Part shown: positions 10,618 to 18,349 of the stretch, one piece after another
Layout: each line of letters opens with the position of its first letter
Position numbering within the stretch: position 1 is the first letter of the stretch
DNA from: Chitinophagaceae bacterium
Lineage (GTDB): Bacteria; Bacteroidota; Bacteroidia; Chitinophagales; Chitinophagaceae
Assembly (NCBI GenBank): GCA_027486695.1
Contig: JAIXOS010000089.1
Location: forward strand, 1 to 46,473
Reading direction: 5' to 3'
DNA: 46,473 bases
Program-made: the position numbers and the translations under genes
Notes under the pieces: generated by a model
The model's input: the letters and a program-made list of their open reading frames with translations, nothing else
Databases searched by the model: none
Told to the model about the DNA's origin: nothing

Positions 10618-11177
10618 TACTTTAAATTATCTAAAGCTATATTCAATTTAAGCACATTAATTCTTTCTGTTCCCAATATACCCCCTAAAGGTTTTTCTGT
10701 GTTTGATATAATTAATTGCTGTAAGTTCTCTTCCGATATAGCTCTAATTTTTGCAATTCTTTTTATCTGAATGTTGGCTGCTTGTACAGAAATATGTGGG
10801 TCTAATCCACCACCACTTGCAGTTACGATATCAGATGGAATTGCTGATTTTTGTATACCCGGATTGTGTACTAAAAAAGTATCAATTCTTGCCTGAACTT
10901 CTTTGAGGTAATCGGGATTGGATGGCCCTTTATTGCTGCCGCCTGCACCTGCTGCATTATAGCCCACAGCAGATGGACGGGAATAGAAATACTTATCCTC
11001 TGTAAATTTTTGTCCAATATTGCTGTAATAGGTTTTACCATTGGTTGTAACAATTGCACCTTTCCCCTTATTAGGTGCTAATTGGGCAACACTCCAAACA
11101 ATGAGCGTATAAATGCCTGAAAAGAACAACAAACAAACTGCGGTGAGCCTGATGGCTGGAAAAATATTTGCTTTCAT
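10617..11177 (-). CDS. kdpC: K+-transporting ATPase subunit C
   Basis: N-terminal TM, YFYSRPSA, DIVTASGGGLDPHIS, INVLKLNIALD. Confidence 0.95.
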   Translation of the reverse strand: MKANIFPAIRLTAVCLLFFSGIYTLIVWSVAQLAPNKGKGAIVTTNGKTYYSNIGQKFTEDKYFYSRPSAVGYNAAGAGGSNKGPSNPDYLKEVQARIDTFLVHNPGIQKSAIPSDIVTASGGGLDPHISVQAANIQIKRIAKIRAISEENLQQLIISNTEKPLGGILGTERINVLKLNIALDNLK

Positions 11178-11189
11178 GTGTGTAATTTT

Positions 11190-13232
11190 TTAAATGAATG
11201 TTGTAACTAAAATATCAATAAGTTTTATTCCAATAAAGGGTACAATTACGCCACCTAAACCGTAAATCAGCAAGTTACGGCGCAGCAATGCACTTGCCCC
11301 GATAGGTTTGTAGGCAACACCCCTTAATGCTAGTGGAATTAAAAATGGAATGATGATGGCATTAAAAATTACTGCCGATAAAATGGCACTTTCAGGTGAA
11401 TGTAATTTCATAATATTTAAACCCTGCAAGGCTGGTATTGAAGCAATGAACAATGCGGGAACAATGGCAAAATATTTTGCTACATCATTTGCTATGCTGA
11501 AGGTGGTAAGTGTGCCCCTTGTCATTAAAAGTTGTTTCCCAATTTCAACTATCTCAATTAGTTTGGTAGGGTCATTATCCAAGTCAACCATATTGCCTGC
11601 TTCTTTTGCAGCCTGTGTGCCGCTATTCATAGCCACGCCAACATCTGCCTGTGCCAATGCAGGGGCATCGTTGGTGCCATCGCCCATCATGGCAACAAGC
11701 CTTCCTTCACTTTGCTCTTTTTTGATATAATTCATTTTATCTTCTGGCTTCGCCTCTGCAATAAAATCGTCTACGCCTGCTTTTTCTGCAATATATTTCG
11801 CCGTTAATGGATTGTCGCCAGTTACCATTACGGTTTTAATACCCATTTTACGAAGCCTTTCAAAACGTTCGCTAATACCCGTCTTAATGATGTCCTGCAA
11901 TTCGATAACGCCAATTACTCGTTCATTTTCTGCCACAACCAGCGGTGTACCCCCATTGCTTGAAATGATTGTTACTTGTTCGGCTGTTTCAATGGGAAAT
12001 ACATTACCCGCATTTTCGCACAGTTTTATAATGGCATCTGATGCTCCTTTTCTAATACGGGTGTTTTGAAATTCAACACCCGAGCTTCTAGTTTCGGCAG
12101 TAAATTTTATAAACCGAGGATTTTCCATTTGATAACTCAATGGATTGATCCCGGCTAGTTCAATAATAGACTTTCCTTCGGGGGTTTCATCGGCCATTGA
12201 ACTCAATACGGTTGCTTTGATAAATGCTTTTTCATCAACACCATTTGCCGGATAAAATTTTGTTGCTTTTCTATTTCCAATGGTGATGGTTCCCGTTTTA
12301 TCTAACAACAATACATCAATATCGCCTGCGGTTTCTACGGCTTTGCCACTTTTGGTAATTACATTTGCCCGTAATGCCCTGTCCATACCTGCAATACCAA
12401 TGGCAGATAACAAACCGCCGATTGTTGTAGGTATTAAACAAACAAACAAAGCAATAAATGCTGAAATGGTAATAGGTGTTTGAGCATAATCGCCAAATGG
12501 TTTTAACGTTATAGTTACAATAATAAAAACCAATGTAAAACCCGCCAGCAAAATAGTTAATGCAATTTCGTTGGGTGTTTTTTGTCTTGATGCACCTTCT
12601 ACTAGGGCAATCATTTTGTCCAGAAAGCTTTCGCCTACCTCTGTTGTTACTTTTACTTTTATTTGATCGGACAACACTTTCGTGCCACCTGTTACACTGC
12701 TTTTGTCTCCCCCCGCTTCACGAATTACAGGGGCACTCTCTCCGGTAATAGCACTTTCATCAATAGTGGCAAGGCCTTCTATAATTTCACCATCAGAAGG
12801 AATAATGTCGCCCGTTTCGCATAAAAAAATATCCCCTTTTTTTAATTGGGAAGATGGAACCATTTTAACTTCATTCATATAAATTTCTCCAACGGATTGT
12901 ATCCATTTGGCGGGGGTTTCTTCCCTTGTTTTACGAAGGCTGTTAGCCTGTGCCTTACCCCTTGCTTCAGCAAGGGCTTCTGCAAAATTGGCAAATAGTA
13001 ATGTGATAAATAGAACGGCTGTTACTACTATATTGTAAGCAAGGCTGCCCTGATGTGTTTCGCCGGTTGCTATCCATATACAAACGCCGGCCATTACCAA
13101 TGTGCCAACCCAAACGGTAAACATTACTGGGTTAAGGAACATTTTTATTGGACTAAGTTTTATGAATGACTGTTTCAATGCTTCATTTACAATTGTGGCT
13201 TGAAACAATTTTTTATTACTGCTACTTTTCAT
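11190..13232 (-). CDS. kdpB: K+-transporting P-type ATPase subunit B
   Basis: TGES, DKTGT phosphorylation site, [28 protein letters not shown]. Confidence 0.98.
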   Translation of the reverse strand: MKSSSNKKLFQATIVNEALKQSFIKLSPIKMFLNPVMFTVWVGTLVMAGVCIWIATGETHQGSLAYNIVVTAVLFITLLFANFAEALAEARGKAQANSLRKTREETPAKWIQSVGEIYMNEVKMVPSSQLKKGDIFLCETGDIIPSDGEIIEGLATIDESAITGESAPVIREAGGDKSSVTGGTKVLSDQIKVKVTTEVGESFLDKMIALVEGASRQKTPNEIALTILLAGFTLVFIIVTITLKPFGDYAQTPITISAFIALFVCLIPTTIGGLLSAIGIAGMDRALRANVITKSGKAVETAGDIDVLLLDKTGTITIGNRKATKFYPANGVDEKAFIKATVLSSMADETPEGKSIIELAGINPLSYQMENPRFIKFTAETRSSGVEFQNTRIRKGASDAIIKLCENAGNVFPIETAEQVTIISSNGGTPLVVAENERVIGVIELQDIIKTGISERFERLRKMGIKTVMVTGDNPLTAKYIAEKAGVDDFIAEAKPEDKMNYIKKEQSEGRLVAMMGDGTNDAPALAQADVGVAMNSGTQAAKEAGNMVDLDNDPTKLIEIVEIGKQLLMTRGTLTTFSIANDVAKYFAIVPALFIASIPALQGLNIMKLHSPESAILSAVIFNAIIIPFLIPLALRGVAYKPIGASALLRRNLLIYGLGGVIVPFIGIKLIDILVTTFI

Positions 13233-13242
13233 GATTCAATAA

Positions 13243-14943
13243 TTAATAAATGGAGAAATATTCTGCAATTGGGCCTAATGTCAATGCAGGGAAAAATGAC
13301 AATGCGGCTATTATAACGATTACGGCAAACACCATCAGTCCAAAAGTTGCCGTATCCGTTTTTAAAGTACCTGCACTTTCGGGAATGTATTTTTTATTGG
13401 CAAGAATACCGGCAATTGCCACCGGGCCAATAATGGGTAAGTATCTAGCCAAAAGCATCACCATTCCGCAGGCAATATTCCAAAATGGGGTATTGTCACC
13501 CAATCCTTCAAATCCGCTGCCATTGTTTGCGCTAGAAGAGGTAAACTCGTACAGCATTTCGCTAAAGCCGTGATGCCCCGGATTGGCAAGCCAGCCTGCA
13601 TATAATGTGGGATTTTGTGCATATAAATGGCTTGCAATGGCAGTGCTTACTAAAATTAAAAAAGGGTGTAGCAATGCAATAATCATGGCAATCTTCATTT
13701 CCCTTGCTTCAATTTTTTTACCCAAAAATTCCGGCGTTCTTCCCACCATCAGGCCACTAATGAATACCGCAAGAATAATGAAGATGTAAAAATTTAAAAA
13801 GCCAACTCCTACGCCACCGAAAAAAGCATTTATCATCATGCCCAGCATAGCAAACATACCAGACAAGGGTGTTAAGCTGTCGTGCATAGCATTTACGGAG
13901 CCATTACTTGTTACGGTTGTATTGATGGCCCAGTAGGCAGATGCTGCTGAACCAAAACGTACTTCTTTGCCTTCCATGCTGCCCATTGGTTGTGTAATAC
14001 CCATTTTTGAAATGGCTGGATTACCCTTCATTTCATTGATAATTGTTGGTATTAGTAACAACAGGAAACCAATTGTCATTACGCCAAAAATTGTCCAGGC
14101 AAGTTTCTTTCGTTTCAACACAAAACCCAAAGCAAAAATCATTGCCATTGGAATTAAAGTAATAGAAATTGTTTCTATTATGTTAGTGAAGTAGTTGGGG
14201 TTTTCAAAAGGATGTGCCGAATTGGGGCCAAAAAAACCACCACCGTTTGTACCCAATTGTTTGATGGCAACAAAAGCTGCTACCGGCCCTCGGCTTACTT
14301 GTACAGTATCTCCTTGTACATTGGTAATAGTGTCTTTGCCTTCAAAAGTCATGGGGGTACCATTAAATACCAACAAGAGTGCAATTACTAGTGCTATGGG
14401 GAATAAAATTCTTGTACAACTTCTTACAAATAAAAAATAGAAATTACCCAACTTGTCCGTAGCTTTTTCCTTCATGGCAAAGAAGACAACCGCTGCAATG
14501 GCAATGCCACAACCTGCAGATATGAATTGCCAGAGCATTAAAGTGAGTTGACCTAAATACGACAATCCAGTTTCGCCTGAGTAATGTTGAAGATTTGTAT
14601 TCGTAACAAAACTTACTGCCGTATTAAAAGCCAAGTCGCCACTCATAGAGGGGTTGGCATCTGGATTTAATGGTAGCCAATGCATGTTGGTAAGAACAAA
14701 CATTGCAATCAAAAACCAAATCAAATTAATGGTCAGCAAAGCTACAAGGTGTTGCTTCCAATTCATTTCTTTGGTTGGATTGATGCCACTTAGTTTGTAA
14801 AATATATTGTCTAATGGGTTGAAAATAATATCCGACCAGTTTTTTTCATTGCTGAATATTTTGCCCATGTATTTGCCCAATGGAATGGCCATAGCAACCA
14901 AAGCCGCATACATTAAAATGATACCTGTAATTTCTGTGTTCAT
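13243..14943 (-). CDS. kdpA: K+-transporting ATPase subunit A
   Basis: FVTNTNLQHYSGE, KQLGTNGGGFF, SAHPFENP, EGKEVRFG, SSANNGSGF. Confidence 0.98.
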   Translation of the reverse strand: MNTEITGIILMYAALVAMAIPLGKYMGKIFSNEKNWSDIIFNPLDNIFYKLSGINPTKEMNWKQHLVALLTINLIWFLIAMFVLTNMHWLPLNPDANPSMSGDLAFNTAVSFVTNTNLQHYSGETGLSYLGQLTLMLWQFISAGCGIAIAAVVFFAMKEKATDKLGNFYFLFVRSCTRILFPIALVIALLLVFNGTPMTFEGKDTITNVQGDTVQVSRGPVAAFVAIKQLGTNGGGFFGPNSAHPFENPNYFTNIIETISITLIPMAMIFALGFVLKRKKLAWTIFGVMTIGFLLLLIPTIINEMKGNPAISKMGITQPMGSMEGKEVRFGSAASAYWAINTTVTSNGSVNAMHDSLTPLSGMFAMLGMMINAFFGGVGVGFLNFYIFIILAVFISGLMVGRTPEFLGKKIEAREMKIAMIIALLHPFLILVSTAIASHLYAQNPTLYAGWLANPGHHGFSEMLYEFTSSSANNGSGFEGLGDNTPFWNIACGMVMLLARYLPIIGPVAIAGILANKKYIPESAGTLKTDTATFGLMVFAVIVIIAALSFFPALTLGPIAEYFSIY

Positions 14944-14946
14944 GGT

Positions 14947-15024
14947 TTAAAATTTTTCCGGTTTTACCAATACATAACACATATACGCAAAAACGCCAAT
15001 GGCTATGATGAATAGAGTGATCAT
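14947..15024 (-). CDS. kdpF: K+-transporting ATPase subunit F (25 aa, absent from ORF track)
   Basis: Manual translation MITLFIIAIGVFAYMCYVLVKPEKF; single TM with the KdpF Y..YVL.KPEKF tail; 3 nt before kdpA start. Confidence 0.92.
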   Translation of the reverse strand: MITLFIIAIGVFAYMCYVLVKPEKF

Positions 15025-15029
15025 AATTG

Positions 15030-15113
15030 TTAGATTTTTTCGAAGAAGTTAATTGCTGAATAAAAGAGTGCAAAAAGCAGTAGTCCTGTAGCTGTTAAGA
15101 TTGTAGTAATCAT
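15030..15113 (-). CDS. Small single-TM peptide upstream of kdpF (27 aa)
   Basis: Manual translation MITTILTATGLLLFALFYSAINFFEKI; A-rich leader before ATG; stop 5 nt before kdpF start. Confidence 0.7.
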   Translation of the reverse strand: MITTILTATGLLLFALFYSAINFFEKI

Positions 15114-15246
15114 TGTTTAGTTTTTTTGGTAATTGTAAAGCCTCCTTTACTTGTTATGTGCTACACAACTGCAGAAGTAAATTGTATCGTTCTCGCATTA
15201 GGGTTGCTAATATTTCAAAAACTGATTTGTTACGATGACAAATATT

Positions 15247-15363
15247 TTAGTTATCTACAATCCTATAAATAAACCCTGCAATGATAATGGTGCCATAAAG
15301 GCAAGCTAGAAGATGCCATGATTTTAAGTTCTTGGCAATCCACCTTTTTTTTGAGTATGTCAT
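15247..15363 (-). CDS. Possible small membrane peptide (38 aa), first ORF of the kdp transcript
   Basis: Manual translation MTYSKKRWIAKNLKSWHLLACLYGTIIIAGFIYRIVDN; basic N-terminus then hydrophobic stretch; lies just downstream of the candidate sigma-54 promoter. Confidence 0.4.
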   Translation of the reverse strand: MTYSKKRWIAKNLKSWHLLACLYGTIIIAGFIYRIVDN

Positions 15364-15387
15364 TTGAAATTCTTTTGTTAGTATATG

Positions 15388-15402
15388 CCAAAAAGCAGGC
15401 CT
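15388..15402 (-). promoter_or_regulatory. Candidate sigma-54 -24/-12 promoter for the kdp operon
   Basis: Minus strand AGGCCTGCTTTTTGG vs consensus TGGCACGNNNNTTGC (GG-N10-GG instead of GC); adjacent to a sigma-54 activator gene. Confidence 0.45.
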
Positions 15403-15476
15403 TTAATTTCAGAATAGGCATAAAGCATTGATAATAAAGAGTTTACTTAATTTCTGCAGAATTTTTCAAATAAAAA

Positions 15477-15518
15477 ACCCTTTCAAATTGAAAGGGTCTA
15501 TACTATCGTTTTGATAGT
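15477..15518. promoter_or_regulatory. Tandem palindromes, candidate upstream activator sites of the NtrC-type regulator
   Basis: ACCCTTTCAAATTGAAAGGGT (centre 15487) and ACTATCGTTTTGATAGT (centre 15510); shared core CTWTC-N5-GAWAG. Confidence 0.6.
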
Positions 15519-15622
15519 GTTTGTAGCCATCAAGAGTTTAAATGGTTATTAGCTTCATTCCTGAATGACTAATTTGCTATAAAAAATTATAAAGTTAAAT
15601 TGCATCAAGTGTATTTGGATTA

Positions 15623-16987
15623 TTACTTCTCCAATCCGTAATCAGCTAGTTTCCGGTACAACGTAGTTAAAGCAATGTTCAATAAACGGGCTGTTTCTGT
15701 TTTATTGCCATTGGTATAGTTGAGTACTTTTTGAATGTGTAGTTTTTCGGCACTTGCAAGGTCAAAGGCTGATAATAGTTTTTGGGTAGTGGAAGGTTGA
15801 GTATTATTGGTCGAAAGTTGTTGCAACTCTATTGGTAAACAATTAACCGTTAGTTCTTCGCTATCCATTAATATTACGCTGCGTTCAATTACATTTTTTA
15901 ATTCGCGGATATTCCCTTTCCAATTATGTTGTTTAAGTACTTCGAAATAGGCGTTTGAAATGGAGGTTATTTTTTTATTGGACTTATTTGCAAAAAGTTG
16001 TAGAAAGTAGGCAGCCAATTCGTCAATATCAACTACTCTTTCTCTTAGTGCCGGTAGCGCAATTTGAAAAACTGCAATGCGGTAAAATAAATCTTCTCTA
16101 AAATTGGCTGCTTCAATTTCCTTTTTCAAATCCCTATTGGTAGCGGCAATAATACGCACGTTGGTTTTGGTTGTTTTACTATCGCCTACTTTAATAAATT
16201 CGCCAGTTTCCAAAACCCTTAATAGTTTGGCTTGCAGGGCTAATGGCATTTCTCCAAGCTCGTCCAAAAAAACGGTGCCTTGGTTAGCTTCTTCAAAAAT
16301 GCCCTTGGTATCTTTTATAGCGCCGGTAAATGCACCTGCTTTATGTCCGAACAATTCATTTTCTAATAAATCTTTACTAAAGGCGGAACAATTGACTGCA
16401 ACGAAATTATGTTTGCTACGGTTGCTGTTATTGTGAATGGCTTGTGCAAATACTTCTTTGCCTGTTCCTGTTTCGCCGGTAAGCAAAACGGAGGCATCTG
16501 TTACGGCTACTTTTTTTGCGGCATCAATAGCTGCTTTGATAATTTTTGATTTGCCTATAATGTTATCAAAAGAATGTTTATTGCCTAATTGTTTTTCTAA
16601 GTGTACAACTCGTTTTGCCAAAAGTACTTTTTCAGTTGCCTTATATAGTAGAGGAATTATTCTGTTATTATCATCGCCTTTTGTAATGTAATCAAAAGCG
16701 CCGTTTTTAATTGCTTGCACACCATCAGGTATATTTCCATAAGCAGTAAGCAAAATAATTTCTATGAATGGATATTTTTCTTTTATGGTTTTTGATAATT
16801 CTACGCCGCTGCCATCAGGTAATTTAACATCACAAATAACTACGTCAATATCAGCTGTTTCCAGCTTTTGCAACCCTTTTTTGGCATCTCCCGCCTGCAA
16901 TACTTCAAAACCTTCTAAACTGATGATTTTAGCAAGCAATGTCCTAATTTTTTCTTCATCGTCTATAATTAACACTTTGTGCAGCAT
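15623..16987 (-). CDS. Sigma-54-dependent NtrC-family response regulator (REC-AAA+-Fis HTH)
   Basis: IIDDEE/DVKLPD receiver, GETGTGKE, GAFTGA, FLDELGE, FREDLFYR, WKGNIRELKN, C-terminal HTH; start at MLHKV. Confidence 0.95.
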   Translation of the reverse strand: MLHKVLIIDDEEKIRTLLAKIISLEGFEVLQAGDAKKGLQKLETADIDVVICDVKLPDGSGVELSKTIKEKYPFIEIILLTAYGNIPDGVQAIKNGAFDYITKGDDNNRIIPLLYKATEKVLLAKRVVHLEKQLGNKHSFDNIIGKSKIIKAAIDAAKKVAVTDASVLLTGETGTGKEVFAQAIHNNSNRSKHNFVAVNCSAFSKDLLENELFGHKAGAFTGAIKDTKGIFEEANQGTVFLDELGEMPLALQAKLLRVLETGEFIKVGDSKTTKTNVRIIAATNRDLKKEIEAANFREDLFYRIAVFQIALPALRERVVDIDELAAYFLQLFANKSNKKITSISNAYFEVLKQHNWKGNIRELKNVIERSVILMDSEELTVNCLPIELQQLSTNNTQPSTTQKLLSAFDLASAEKLHIQKVLNYTNGNKTETARLLNIALTTLYRKLADYGLEK

Positions 16988-17049
16988 AGAAAAAAGGTTG
17001 GTAAAAGGTACATTTGATATAGTGATATTTAGTGCAATGTACAATTACT

Positions 17050-17520
17050 TTAGCCATACGAAACCGCTACATTTCTGTTAAAGCTTTCTTCGAGCGAAAT
17101 AAGTGTTTCTGTGCGTTCAATACCTTTAATTTTTTGTAGTTCGTCGTGCAGCACGTAGCGCAATTGTTGAATGTCCTTGCATACAATTTCTACGAACATA
17201 CTATAATTGCCCGTTGTATAGTTTACCCGTACTACTTGCGGTATTTGTTGCAGTTCTTTTGCTACGGTATCGTACAAAGAACTTTTTTCTAGATAAATGC
17301 CAATAAAAGCAACCACATCGTAACCCAATGCTTTTAAATCAATAGCCAACCGTCTACCTTTTACCACACCGCTTTCTTCCAGTTTTTTGATGCGTACGTG
17401 TATGGTACCTCCACTCACAAACAATTTTTTACCTAAATCGGCGTAGGATATCTCGGCATTGTTCATCATTTCGTGAATAATTTGAAAATCGAGTTTGTCA
17501 AGATTTAATTTATTGTTCAT
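17050..17520 (-). CDS. Lrp/AsnC family transcriptional regulator (AsnC-like)
   Basis: LDKLDFQII...SYADLGKKLFVSGGTIHVRIKKL HTH; YTTGNYSMF and TETLISL RAM-domain motifs that resemble E. coli AsnC; start at MNNKL. Confidence 0.92.
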   Translation of the reverse strand: MNNKLNLDKLDFQIIHEMMNNAEISYADLGKKLFVSGGTIHVRIKKLEESGVVKGRRLAIDLKALGYDVVAFIGIYLEKSSLYDTVAKELQQIPQVVRVNYTTGNYSMFVEIVCKDIQQLRYVLHDELQKIKGIERTETLISLEESFNRNVAVSYG

Positions 17521-17744
17521 TTTGCGGTCTTTTTTTAATTTATTTCTAAATAAATTTAATTTATTTAAACAAAATCTAAATTTATGAAAAAAATGTTGAA
17601 ATATTTGCAACGTACCAATATCTGTTATAATATTGCATTGTCAATTTGATTATCGGTAATTACCGAAGATAAGTAATGATTTATCAAAAAATTGACTAGT
17701 TCTTTAGATATTTTCCATCTAATGAAAATATTTGTTATCCATAC

Positions 17745-17916
17745 TGTGGGGTGATGAAATTTTTGGCAGACATGCCCTCTTGTCTCGGGGGTGAGGAATC
17801 TGGGATAAACATGATGTAGAGCCGGATAGGTAGCAATACTTATTCGACCAGGGTCGACCACTGAACTTTGCGTCAAAGCTAACCACCTCGTGGAGGTTCG
17901 ACCCCTCCCCCTACAG
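17745..17916 (+). ncRNA. tRNA-Asp(GUC)-like RNA with ~100-nt multibranched variable region
   Basis: Acceptor TGTGGGG(17745-51)/CCCTACA(17909-15) with G discriminator; D arm ATG/CAT with GG loop; anticodon stem CCCTC/GGGGG with loop TTGTCTC; T arm GGAGG-TTCGACC-CCTCC; insert 17792-17891 closed by GAGG/CCTC; no encoded CCA. Confidence 0.8.
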
Positions 17917-17942
17917 CTCTCTTTCTCTATGCTTTAGTTTTT

Positions 17943-17981
17943 GAAAGTCTTTGCAGTGTATGCTTCAAAGGCTTTCTTTTT
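17943..17981 (+). terminator. Intrinsic terminator of the tRNA-like RNA
   Basis: GAAAGTCTTTG...CAAAGGCTTTC hairpin followed by TTTTT. Confidence 0.7.
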
Positions 17982-18036
17982 GCAGCAACAATTTTTCCAT
18001 TCTCTTTTTTATTGTGGTTGTTGTGGCACTTTGCTC

Positions 18037-18078
18037 AAAATAAAAAACCACCTATGAGATATATCACATAAGTGGTTC
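18037..18078 (-). terminator. Intrinsic terminator after tRNA-Ile2
   Basis: AACCAC..ATG/CAT..GTGGTT imperfect hairpin with minus-strand T run (forward AAAATAAAAAA). Confidence 0.55.
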
Positions 18079-18088
18079 ATTTTCAATG

Positions 18089-18162
18089 TGGGCCCACCAG
18101 GGCATGATCCTGGGACCCCCTGATTATGAGTCAGGTGCTCTAACCAACTGAGCTATAGGCCC
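18089..18162 (-). tRNA. tRNA with CAT anticodon, most likely tRNA-Ile2 (lysidine type)
   Basis: GGGCCTATAGCTCAGTTGGTTAGAGCACCTGACTCATAATCAGGGGGTCCCAGGATCATGCCCTGGTGGGCCCA folds into a full cloverleaf; G1-C72 rules out the initiator; body resembles Ile2 rather than elongator Met; no encoded CCA. Confidence 0.9.
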
Positions 18163-18187
18163 GACAGCCTTTCGGCTTAGAGGATGG

Positions 18188-18195
18188 CAAAAATA
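18188..18195 (-). promoter_or_regulatory. Bacteroidota primary sigma -7 element for the tRNA
   Basis: TATTTTTG matches TAnnTTTG, 25 nt upstream of the tRNA. Confidence 0.6.
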
Positions 18196-18349
18196 ATGCT
18201 TTAGGTACAATATGCCAACATTTTTCTTTAAAAATATGCGTTCCCTTTCTCCTAAACACCGCAACTCTTTTTTGGCTAAGTAATATTTTGCAAGTATGTT
18301 GCTGTTTTATTGTACTTACATTACCTAGCAACCGCAATTATTGGCTTGC

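Noticed and set aside
11350-14440. Multiple plus-strand ORFs antisense to kdpA/kdpB
   Set aside because: Typical antisense shadows of conserved genes; the same applies to the other short antisense ORFs in the track.
7570-17049. kdp locus as a mobile genomic island
   Set aside because: No integrase, transposase or flanking direct repeats seen; composition differences could not be quantified by eye.
17625-17876. 83-aa minus-strand ORF in the ORF track
   Set aside because: Antisense to the tRNA-like RNA, non-ATG start, no recognisable motif; the RNA structure explains the sequence.
17792-17891. Insert in the tRNA-like RNA as a group I/II intron
   Set aside because: Only 100 nt, lies in the variable region rather than the anticodon loop, and shows no recognisable catalytic core elements.
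17745-17916. tmRNA, tRNA-Sec or ordinary tRNA-Leu/Ser
   Set aside because: It has a real anticodon arm, no G3-U70 Ala identity or tag frame, and is too short for tmRNA; the anticodon is GUC, not UCA or Leu/Ser; the variable region is far longer than any class II arm.
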